A program made the position numbers and the translations under genes. A stretch of 64,000 nucleotides of DNA, from positions 294,270-358,269 of the IMG/VR virus record IMGVR_UViG_3300027759_006101; one strand, 5' to 3'. This document shows, piece by piece, positions 9,742 to 16,640 of the stretch (position 1 is the stretch's first letter; every line of letters begins with the position of its first letter). The notes below the pieces were generated by a model, which worked only from the letters and a program-made list of their open reading frames with translations, searched no databases and was not told the origin of the DNA.

Positions 9742-10128
9742 ATGGCTAATTCGTTGTATGACAGTGGTAGAGATGGATTCCTCAAGGGTGAATTCAACTG
9801 GAGTTCTGATACTTTCAAAGTAATTTTACTTTCGTCAGCATATTCAGTAAATCTATCAAGTCATACAACGACAGCAAATATTGGTGGAACAGTTGCTATC
9901 TCAGGTGGTTTATCAACATTAGTCCCTGGTGCTGGTGTAGCAGATGCTAATGACATTACATTATCAAGCGTAGCTGGAACAACTGTAACGCAATTTGTAA
10001 TTTTCCATGATTCTTCAAAAAAACTTGTAGCTCACATTAATGACTCAACAAACTTACCTTTTACGCCTAGTGGAGGAAATGTAACTTTGCAATGGGATAA
10101 TGGAGTAAATAAAATTTTCAAGCTGTAG
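9742..10128 (+). CDS. Conserved small phage virion-type protein (128 aa)
   Basis: Start re-called to ATG 9742 (the ORF-track start at 9712 lies inside gyrA). MANSLYDSGRDGFL...NWSSDTFKV...GVADANDIT...LPFTPSGGNVTLQWDNGVNKIFKL resembles, from memory, a widespread minor virion protein family. Confidence 0.75.
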   Translation: MANSLYDSGRDGFLKGEFNWSSDTFKVILLSSAYSVNLSSHTTTANIGGTVAISGGLSTLVPGAGVADANDITLSSVAGTTVTQFVIFHDSSKKLVAHINDSTNLPFTPSGGNVTLQWDNGVNKIFKL

Positions 10129-10150
10129 AACTCAATCTACAGCTTTTTTT
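10120..10150 (+). terminator. Rho-independent terminator
   Basis: Stem AAGCTGTAG (10120-10128) / CTACAGCTT (10137-10145), 8-nt loop, followed by a T run to 10150. Confidence 0.8.
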
Positions 10151-10152
10151 AT

Positions 10153-10185
10153 AGGTATTGCAGGTGTTTATTGGAAAAATATAAT
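10153..10185 (+). promoter_or_regulatory. Candidate phage promoter motif AGGTATTG-N19-TATAAT
   Basis: Lies immediately after the terminator. AGGTATTG 10153-10160; AAAAATATAAT ending at 10185, 11 nt before ATG 10197. Confidence 0.35.
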
Positions 10186-10196
10186 TAGGACTTGCA

Positions 10197-11027
10197 ATGG
10201 AAAACTATACAATAGAATCTTGGATACATAAAAAGTATTATTTTGACTCTTCAAAAAATGGAGTTGTCATCCCACCAGCTTATGATTCTGGGGGGACTGG
10301 TGGCACAGATGGCGGTGGTGGAGGCGGTGGTGGTGAGTCTGGTTCAGGTTCAACCACTTTCTTAAGCACCACCGACTTGATACTTAATTTAAGAGCTTCA
10401 GATACTGATTCATATCCTGGCACTGGATTATACTGGTACGACTTAACATCGTATGGAAATAACGGTATTTTTTACAATGGGGCGGCTGTAACAGGCACAG
10501 GTAATTCAAAAGCATTTATATTTGATGGTACTGACACATACTTTGGAATTGGAAGAAATATTACTCAAAACACAACTAATGTAAGTATGTCTGCCTGGGT
10601 TAAGACTTCTAACAACCTAATAGCTGGTCAGATGATTGTATACAACGGTAGTGAAGCTAGACTAAATGGTTATGGCTTTTCCATAAATAGAGATGGTATT
10701 ACATCTGGAAATATTTACGTAAGATATGGAGATAGCCAATGGTTTAACACAGGAATTGCCATTACAAGCAATCATTGGCATTATATTACTTTGAACATTT
10801 TATCAGACAGAAGACCTCAAGTATTTGTTAATGGTGCTATAGGATACACAGGTTCAGCTGCAAGAATCAACACTCCAACAAACTACACTGAAGTTGGACG
10901 AAGTGATTATCCTGTTTCAAGATACTTCTACGGATACATTGCTCAAGTTCACGCTTATAAAAAGGCACTTACATCTACTGAAATTCAAGGAAATTTCAAC
11001 AGCACTAAAACACCTTATGGGTATTGA
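10197..11027 (+). CDS. LamG/concanavalin-A-like domain protein (276 aa)
   Basis: LILNLRASDTDSYPGTGLYWYDL...FDGTDTY...SMSAWVK...WHYITL...VFVNG...FYGYIAQVHAYKKALTSTEI follows the LamG-like jelly-roll pattern. Poly-Gly linker near 10290-10350. Confidence 0.85.
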   Translation: MENYTIESWIHKKYYFDSSKNGVVIPPAYDSGGTGGTDGGGGGGGGESGSGSTTFLSTTDLILNLRASDTDSYPGTGLYWYDLTSYGNNGIFYNGAAVTGTGNSKAFIFDGTDTYFGIGRNITQNTTNVSMSAWVKTSNNLIAGQMIVYNGSEARLNGYGFSINRDGITSGNIYVRYGDSQWFNTGIAITSNHWHYITLNILSDRRPQVFVNGAIGYTGSAARINTPTNYTEVGRSDYPVSRYFYGYIAQVHAYKKALTSTEIQGNFNSTKTPYGY

Positions 11028-11041
11028 TAAGGAATTAAAAT

Positions 11042-11359
11042 ATGCTTAATAACGAATTCTTAACAGGTACAACTCTTAATATTTATGCTGAATTAAAAGA
11101 TGAAAGTGGATATGGAGTTACAACTACTGGTTTAACCTTTTATATGACTGAACCAGGGGGAATTGGCTATACTTATTATTTTGGGTCAGGTTCAGGTAGC
11201 GGAAACTCAGAGCCTGTTCAAGCTGGTATTGCGACTGGCATATATTATAAACAATGGACTCCAAGCAGAACAGGTGTACATAAATATTCCTGGAAGGCAT
11301 CAGGAAGTATTCAAGCTACATTCAAGAGCTTTTTTGATGTCAAGAGTGGTGAGTGGTAA
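11042..11359 (+). CDS. Small Ig-like beta protein, probably virion-associated (105 aa)
   Basis: SD-like TAAGGA upstream. TGIYYKQWTP..TGVHKYSW pattern. Stop overlaps the next ATG (TAATG). Confidence 0.65.
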   Translation: MLNNEFLTGTTLNIYAELKDESGYGVTTTGLTFYMTEPGGIGYTYYFGSGSGSGNSEPVQAGIATGIYYKQWTPSRTGVHKYSWKASGSIQATFKSFFDVKSGEW

Positions 11360-12315
11360 TGGCTTTTCCTGGAATTCTTTCAAGAGCTGAGCTTTCTTCT
11401 GGTCTTAACACAAAAAGTATATGTGTTAATGGAAATTACCTTATTGTCGAGCAATGCAACATCAATCAAGAACAAGAGCATAATGTAAATAATTACATTC
11501 AAGGTGGTCCTGCCTATGCTATCTACAATCTAGGTGCTAGAAAGCATGTGGGTAATTTTTCATTTCCTTTACGTGTAGATCAAAATGGTAATTTAGAAGA
11601 AGCAGCAAAAGTAATTTTACGTCACGCAGCAAAGCCTATGACTTCCTTGAGAATAGACACTCACAACGTTCTTTCTTCATTTTCAACCACTGTAGTTAAT
11701 CCAGGCACAGATGATAACAAAAATTTATCTCTAGATTCTTGTGTTATAAGTAATCTTAAAATTACTGTCAGTGAAGGTGGAGACGTTAATGCAAGTGTTG
11801 ATTTTATAGGAATGCTTGACATAGAAACGGAATCTACATTTGATTTTTCGTCTGATTATCTTATGGGAAGAAGGCTAAATTTTGCTGATTGTAATGCATT
11901 TAGAAAAGAATCATCAATGAGAGGCACATCTTCAATAACAATCAATATTGAAAATGAAGTGGTAACACCAGTATTTCTTATGCCTTATTATTCAAATAAA
12001 TTTGTTGGTTCTGGAGTTACTGAACAAAAAGATCAGATTGAGCTTCTAGCAGTTCAATCTACTAAGTGGTCTGGAGAATTTACAGAAGTTATCAGAAACG
12101 GTCTTGATTTATATACTTTCATCCACGGTGGTTTGATGCATGATGAAAACTTAACTTTAGACATTGGAAACTTAAGAACCACTTTTTATAACCCAGTTTT
12201 CAAAATTGCTCAATCTCCATTAACAACACAAGTAATAAGGAGAACTACAGAGTGGGTTGGAATTAATAAACCAGATGATTCTATGTTGGATGATCGACTG
12301 TTTACTTTTTTATAA
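11359..12315 (+). CDS. Putative tail-tube-like protein, paralog 1 (318 aa)
   Basis: Start re-called to ATG 11359 (TAATG coupling). Two-lobed beta pattern (IVEQCNINQEQ...GNFSFPL; SCVISNLKITVSEGGDVNASVDF). Aligns by eye with 12404-13423. Confidence 0.55.
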   Translation: MAFPGILSRAELSSGLNTKSICVNGNYLIVEQCNINQEQEHNVNNYIQGGPAYAIYNLGARKHVGNFSFPLRVDQNGNLEEAAKVILRHAAKPMTSLRIDTHNVLSSFSTTVVNPGTDDNKNLSLDSCVISNLKITVSEGGDVNASVDFIGMLDIETESTFDFSSDYLMGRRLNFADCNAFRKESSMRGTSSITINIENEVVTPVFLMPYYSNKFVGSGVTEQKDQIELLAVQSTKWSGEFTEVIRNGLDLYTFIHGGLMHDENLTLDIGNLRTTFYNPVFKIAQSPLTTQVIRRTTEWVGINKPDDSMLDDRLFTFL

Positions 12316-12403
12316 AGGTAAACCAAATTAATTATAAGAATAAATTGAATAGCCTAAAAAAACAAAAGAATTAAAGAAATCTTTTGAAAGTGAGTTGAAA
12401 AAA

Positions 12404-13423
12404 ATGCCTATTAATAACGACATTCTTGGTATTTATAAGCAAGTATACGTATTAACATCTGGTACAGCAATTTCATACATTGTTGAAAGTGCTAACAGAA
12501 ATGTTTCAATCGATGCGCAGCCAAAAGTTCTGATTGCTGGTAGCCCTAAGACAAGAATTATGGATATCGGTGGTGTAACAGAAACTATTTCTATTACTGC
12601 GCCTATGCTTATTGGTGGTGGTGCGGCCTATGACGGTAGAGCTCTTGTTGGTAATAAAATTACTGAAATTTTGAATCCAGCTACAGCAACTCTACCAATT
12701 TTAAAATCAGCATCATATTCGATTAGTGAAGGTGGTGGATCTGTTTCTGTCACATTAGAGTCAGATGGTAACGCAGCTTCAGGTAACTCTGGTTTCTATC
12801 TTGTAAACTCAACAACACCTCACCCATCATTAAATCCAGTTGGTACTGGTGGTTCTGGTACTACAGCTTTTGGCCCTACAAGAGTTGCAAGATTCTATGA
12901 CTTCCGTGCTAAAATCGGCGGAAGACAATATTTCATTCAAGAAGCTAATGTAGACGTAAACGTCGAAACTTCAAAAGCTTACTTTATCAACCCATACGAC
13001 TTTACTAATCCTAACGATGGTTACAGATATTCTGGTGGCGGTGGTACTGTAATCCCATCAGTTCTTGGTGGATTTGGTATTTCTTGGGCATATGGTAGCC
13101 AGTTCCCACATATCGGTGTTAATGGAATTACCATTTCTGGTAAGGGCAAAGGCGCTGTTGTTGTAGGTTCAACCTATGCTTCTGAAACTACTGCTGGAAT
13201 TACTACTCAAACAGCTGGTAAGACAATCTTAGCATCTACAGAAGATGTTACTTTTGCTCTTGAGATTGCTGGTGGCACTGGAGGAAATCCTGGTGTAGTA
13301 GCAACATGGCAAGATCTTATTGCTGGTATTGGTCTTTCAAAATCAATTATCAATGCAACAGCGTTCTCAGTCAGCACAGGTATCTTGACAGTTGAATTTG
13401 ACTTTATGTGTTATGTCGTCTAA
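12404..13423 (+). CDS. Putative major tail-tube-like protein, paralog 2 (339 aa)
   Basis: ATG 12404 follows an SD-like AAAGTGAG. G/T/A/S-rich, with codon usage (GGT, GCT, ACT, TTC, AAC, ATC) that suggests high expression. Internally duplicated YIVESANRNV / YFIQEANVDV strands. Confidence 0.55.
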   Translation: MPINNDILGIYKQVYVLTSGTAISYIVESANRNVSIDAQPKVLIAGSPKTRIMDIGGVTETISITAPMLIGGGAAYDGRALVGNKITEILNPATATLPILKSASYSISEGGGSVSVTLESDGNAASGNSGFYLVNSTTPHPSLNPVGTGGSGTTAFGPTRVARFYDFRAKIGGRQYFIQEANVDVNVETSKAYFINPYDFTNPNDGYRYSGGGGTVIPSVLGGFGISWAYGSQFPHIGVNGITISGKGKGAVVVGSTYASETTAGITTQTAGKTILASTEDVTFALEIAGGTGGNPGVVATWQDLIAGIGLSKSIINATAFSVSTGILTVEFDFMCYVV

Positions 13424-13915
13424 TCAGTCGGTATCGTCAGACATATAAGTTTCAAAATCCCAGTCTTCATCCAACTCATCCATATTGTCCCATACATTTC
13501 GTAAAACAAATAAATTTGTATGGGATAATATGGATAAAATTAAACTATCAACAAGAGAACAAACAGAAAAATAATTATTTTTCTTATAATCAGTGAATTT
13601 TACAGATGCATATATGACATCTCCTACTCTGTTCTCTATACAAATACTTTCAACACTTGAATTATAATGATTCAGTAAACGCAAAAACATTTGATGTATG
13701 ATCATAACGTGAGCGTTTAAGTGATAATCCTTAATAACAAAATTCAACAAACTAGCTTCGTACGGAGCAATCTCACAGGCCACTTTTTTCAACCCATCAC
13801 TCAGTAATATAAAAACTCTGGTTTCAGAGTCTACTATTACTTTTTCTAAAAGGATAGGAATAGTTTCATAACGATCATCATTGTGAATATTATTTCTATC
13901 TATTTTTTTTGGCAT
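13424..13915 (-). CDS. Divergent bifunctional nuclease (BFN/DUF151)-like protein (163 aa)
   Basis: EIAPYEASLL ~ IGPFEAQAI; IHQMFLRLLNHYNSSVESICIENRVGDVIYASV ~ THDLL...VERVVI......FYA; SLVDSLILS...LFVLRNVWD ~ RPSDAIALA...IYV.EEV. Acidic tail. Confidence 0.65.
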   Translation of the reverse strand: MPKKIDRNNIHNDDRYETIPILLEKVIVDSETRVFILLSDGLKKVACEIAPYEASLLNFVIKDYHLNAHVMIIHQMFLRLLNHYNSSVESICIENRVGDVIYASVKFTDYKKNNYFSVCSLVDSLILSILSHTNLFVLRNVWDNMDELDEDWDFETYMSDDTD

Positions 13916-14301
13916 TTTGAATTTCCTGTATTACACACTCTGCAAAGTTTGCAAATTTTATTGTTTAATATATTTGAAAATATAAGCATCAATGAACCAA
14001 TAATCATTAAGTAATTTATTTCTTTATGATCGGAATGCTTGTGTTCATTTAAAAAATAACCTGCAAATGTTATGATAATTCCTAAAGAGAAAAACCATAA
14101 TATATTGTAATTTTTGTGAGTTTTGATTCCAAAGCAAACATTATAAATATTTATTGCGCAAGATATAAATAATAAAATAAATTCTATTTTTGAATCAAGC
14201 ATCAAGTAAAGAGCTGAAGTAGGCAAAAATATCATAAATAAAGGTAATATCGTGCAGTGCAAAACACAAACAATACTAGCTATATTTGCGAATTTTATCA
14301 T
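13900..14301 (-). CDS. MerC-domain membrane protein (133 aa)
   Basis: N-terminal ASIVCVLHCTILP matches the MerC-family S..CAIHC...P motif. Four hydrophobic segments, a HKHSDH loop and a Cys-rich C-terminus (CKLCRVC...C). ATGA-coupled to dnaK. Confidence 0.8.
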   Translation of the reverse strand: MIKFANIASIVCVLHCTILPLFMIFLPTSALYLMLDSKIEFILLFISCAINIYNVCFGIKTHKNYNILWFFSLGIIITFAGYFLNEHKHSDHKEINYLMIIGSLMLIFSNILNNKICKLCRVCNTGNSKCQKK

Positions 14302-15992
14302 AGATTGACTTTCTTTTTTGCTATGTCATGAACTTTTAGAGAGATTTCTTTAATAGTTTCTTTTGCACTTTCTAAGAGACTTGAAAGTAACTCAATATTG
14401 TGACTTTTGCCATCTTGTTCTATTGATTTCTTGAGATCTAGTAATTCATTAACATCAAGTTTATCTAAAACATTAGTTCTAAGTAATTCTTCAATTTGAA
14501 TTTCACAATCATAAAGAAGATCGTGCATATTTGTAATCTTTCTAAAGTGCTCATCTTCGTCTTTGTGTTGTTGTGCTTCATCAATAATTTTTGATATTTC
14601 TTGACTTGATAACGACGATCTGCCTGTAATCTCAATGTCTTTTTCTATTCCATTATCCAAACTTGTGGCTTTGACTGAAAGAATTCCATTTGGATCAATT
14701 TGAAACGTGACTTCAAGTTTTGGCAATCCTCTTGGTTTTTCTTCTACCCCATCAAGTTTAAATTCCCCAAGCAACAAATTATCTACTGTTTTGGGTCTCT
14801 CTCCTTGATAAATCTTTACATCAACTTCTGTTTGATTATCATATGCAGTTGTAAAGATTTCCTTAACAACTGAGGGTACTTGAGTATTTCTGGGAATTAA
14901 GATACTCATAATCCCACCTTGTGTCTCTATACCTAAAGAAAGTGGTGTAACATCAAGCAAATAAACTTCTCTGCTTGATTTTCCTGTCAAAACTGATGCT
15001 TGAATAGCTGCACCGACAGAAACAGCTTCGTCAGGATTAATTGACTTATTGGGCTTTTTTCCGAACTTTTCTTCTATTACTCTTTCTATTAGTGGAATTC
15101 TTGTACTGCCACCAACAAAAACAATTTCATCAATTTTGTCAGTTTTTAAATTAGCGTCTCGTAATGCATCATTGACACAGAGCATTGTTTTATCAATGTA
15201 TGTCTTGATAGATTCTTCAAATTCTTCACGATTAATCTTGAGTGGCTCTTTTCCAACCATTACATTAGCCACAGTCATATGAGAAAGCATCTTTTTAGTC
15301 TTCTCAGAGATATTTCTTAAATCAATCTGATCTAAAGTAACATTAGTTTTGCTAAGAATTACTTTTCCAAGTGCTTCATCAAAATCAACACCACCAAGAG
15401 ATGTATTACCAGATGTAGATTGAACGTGGAAGTCAACACCGTCCATAAGCTTAAGCAAGGTGACATCAAATGTTCCTCCGCCTAAGTCATATACTAAAAT
15501 CGTTGCATCATTTTTCTTATCTAGACCATATGCCAAAGATGCTGCAGTAGGTTCATTGATGATACGTAATACTTTAAGACCAGCTAATTCTCCAGCTGTT
15601 TTAGTAGATTGCCTTTGGTCGTTGTTGAAATATGCAGGGACAGTAATTACAGCTTCAGTTACTTCTTTGCCCAAATGCCTCTCTGCGCAATTTTTAAGAT
15701 ACTTTAGGATGTATGATGAAACTTCTTCTGGGCTGTAGGATTTGCTATTTATTTCAAATCTCTTATTAGTCCCCATTTGCCTCTTTACAACACGTATAGT
15801 ATGAGAAAAGGGCAAATGCTGCTCCATATCAACAGCATATTGCCCTACATAAATCTCATCACCAAAACTGACTACGCTGGGAGTAATTCTTTCACCTAAA
15901 TCATTTGGGATAACTTCTGGCTGATCTTTGTCATTTACATAAGAAACTACACTAAAAGTACTTCCTAAATCAATTCCAATTGCGTAACTCAT
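14298..15992 (-). CDS. dnaK: Hsp70/DnaK-family chaperone, compact (564 aa)
   Basis: GIDLGST, TPSVV, AVITVPAYFN, RIINEPTAA, YDLGGGTFD, VGGSTRIP, NPDEAV..GAAIQA, LLDVTPLSLGIET, IYQGER, FQIDPNGIL. Confidence 0.95.
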   Translation of the reverse strand: MSYAIGIDLGSTFSVVSYVNDKDQPEVIPNDLGERITPSVVSFGDEIYVGQYAVDMEQHLPFSHTIRVVKRQMGTNKRFEINSKSYSPEEVSSYILKYLKNCAERHLGKEVTEAVITVPAYFNNDQRQSTKTAGELAGLKVLRIINEPTAASLAYGLDKKNDATILVYDLGGGTFDVTLLKLMDGVDFHVQSTSGNTSLGGVDFDEALGKVILSKTNVTLDQIDLRNISEKTKKMLSHMTVANVMVGKEPLKINREEFEESIKTYIDKTMLCVNDALRDANLKTDKIDEIVFVGGSTRIPLIERVIEEKFGKKPNKSINPDEAVSVGAAIQASVLTGKSSREVYLLDVTPLSLGIETQGGIMSILIPRNTQVPSVVKEIFTTAYDNQTEVDVKIYQGERPKTVDNLLLGEFKLDGVEEKPRGLPKLEVTFQIDPNGILSVKATSLDNGIEKDIEITGRSSLSSQEISKIIDEAQQHKDEDEHFRKITNMHDLLYDCEIQIEELLRTNVLDKLDVNELLDLKKSIEQDGKSHNIELLSSLLESAKETIKEISLKVHDIAKKKVNL

Positions 15993-16008
15993 AATAAAGG
16001 ATTATACA

Positions 16009-16362
16009 TTATTCAGGTTCTTCTGGTAATACAGTTCCTCCAGGCACATATCCTTCCATCAATTCTTTGAGAGCATCTTTATTTTCAAGCTTTTTTCTAA
16101 ACTCAAGACTTTCATTTTTTGTTATTGGCCCTATCGCTATATTTTTATCTTTGTCTTTTGGTAAATTGTCTTTATACTCGTGAGCCATTGACATTAATTG
16201 TATTATTGCAAAAGTATCTTTACATTTTGAACAACGCATAATAGCGTAAACTTCTACTTCTGACTTAGGCAACCAACCCAAGTGAGATAATTTTGTAAAT
16301 TGAGTTTTACAATTTCTATTAAGACAACACTTCGGTTTGCCGATGATAGTTTGATGGAACAT
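16009..16362 (-). CDS. Small Cys-rich putative Zn-binding protein (117 aa)
   Basis: Start re-called to ATG 16362, 4 nt after SD GGAGGTG. Contains CCLNRNC and CSKC Cys clusters and a PITKNE..EF..KL helix. Confidence 0.7.
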   Translation of the reverse strand: MFHQTIIGKPKCCLNRNCKTQFTKLSHLGWLPKSEVEVYAIMRCSKCKDTFAIIQLMSMAHEYKDNLPKDKDKNIAIGPITKNESLEFRKKLENKDALKELMEGYVPGGTVLPEEPE

Positions 16363-16473
16363 AGCACACCTCCAATGCACAAATGAGCAATTTAATATTC
16401 CTGTTAGAACAAAGCTTGACTTTTATTAAGAACCATTAATAGGACAAAATAAACTTGATATTGTATACTATTA

Positions 16474-16509
16474 TAGTCCACTGGCGGATAAATTGAGGCC
16501 AGTGGATAT
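16474..16509 (+). promoter_or_regulatory. GC-rich hairpin upstream of the small ORF
   Basis: TCCACTGGC (16477-16485) / GCCAGTGGA (16498-16506), 12-nt loop, followed by TATTTTT. A possible AGGACA-17-TATACT promoter at 16441-16469 would start transcription at the stem base. Confidence 0.55.
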
Positions 16510-16533
16510 TTTTATGTAAGGAGGAAAATGATT

Positions 16534-16605
16534 ATGAAGATTTTTGAACAACTTGAAGAAATGATGAATCAAGTAATTTCAGCATTATTCAACGTAGAAT
16601 TGTAA
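16534..16605 (+). CDS. Unannotated 23-aa small protein MKIFEQLEEMMNQVISALFNVEL
   Basis: Perfect SD TAAGGAGG at 16517-16524, 9 nt before ATG 16534 (alternative ATG 16528 gives 25 aa). Flanked by a 5' hairpin and a 3' terminator. Below the ORF-track size cut-off. Confidence 0.65.
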   Translation: MKIFEQLEEMMNQVISALFNVEL

Positions 16606-16613
16606 GGTAACTT

Positions 16614-16640
16614 ATAATCTACAGCGTCGTAGATTATTTT
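16614..16640 (+). terminator. Terminator-like hairpin after the small ORF
   Basis: ATAATCTAC (16614-16622) / GTAGATTAT (16629-16637), 6-nt loop, T-rich 3' side. Overlaps the stop of the convergent helicase gene. Confidence 0.6.

Noticed and set aside
10290-10350. GGT/GGC tandem run as a repeat element
   Set aside because: It simply encodes a poly-Gly linker in the LamG protein.
16614-16637. TCTAC-loop-GTAGAT hairpin resembling a Cas12a repeat stem
   Set aside because: Single copy with no spacers and no cas genes. Its position fits a terminator. The 10-nt match AATCTACAGC to the 10120-10145 terminator is probably chance.
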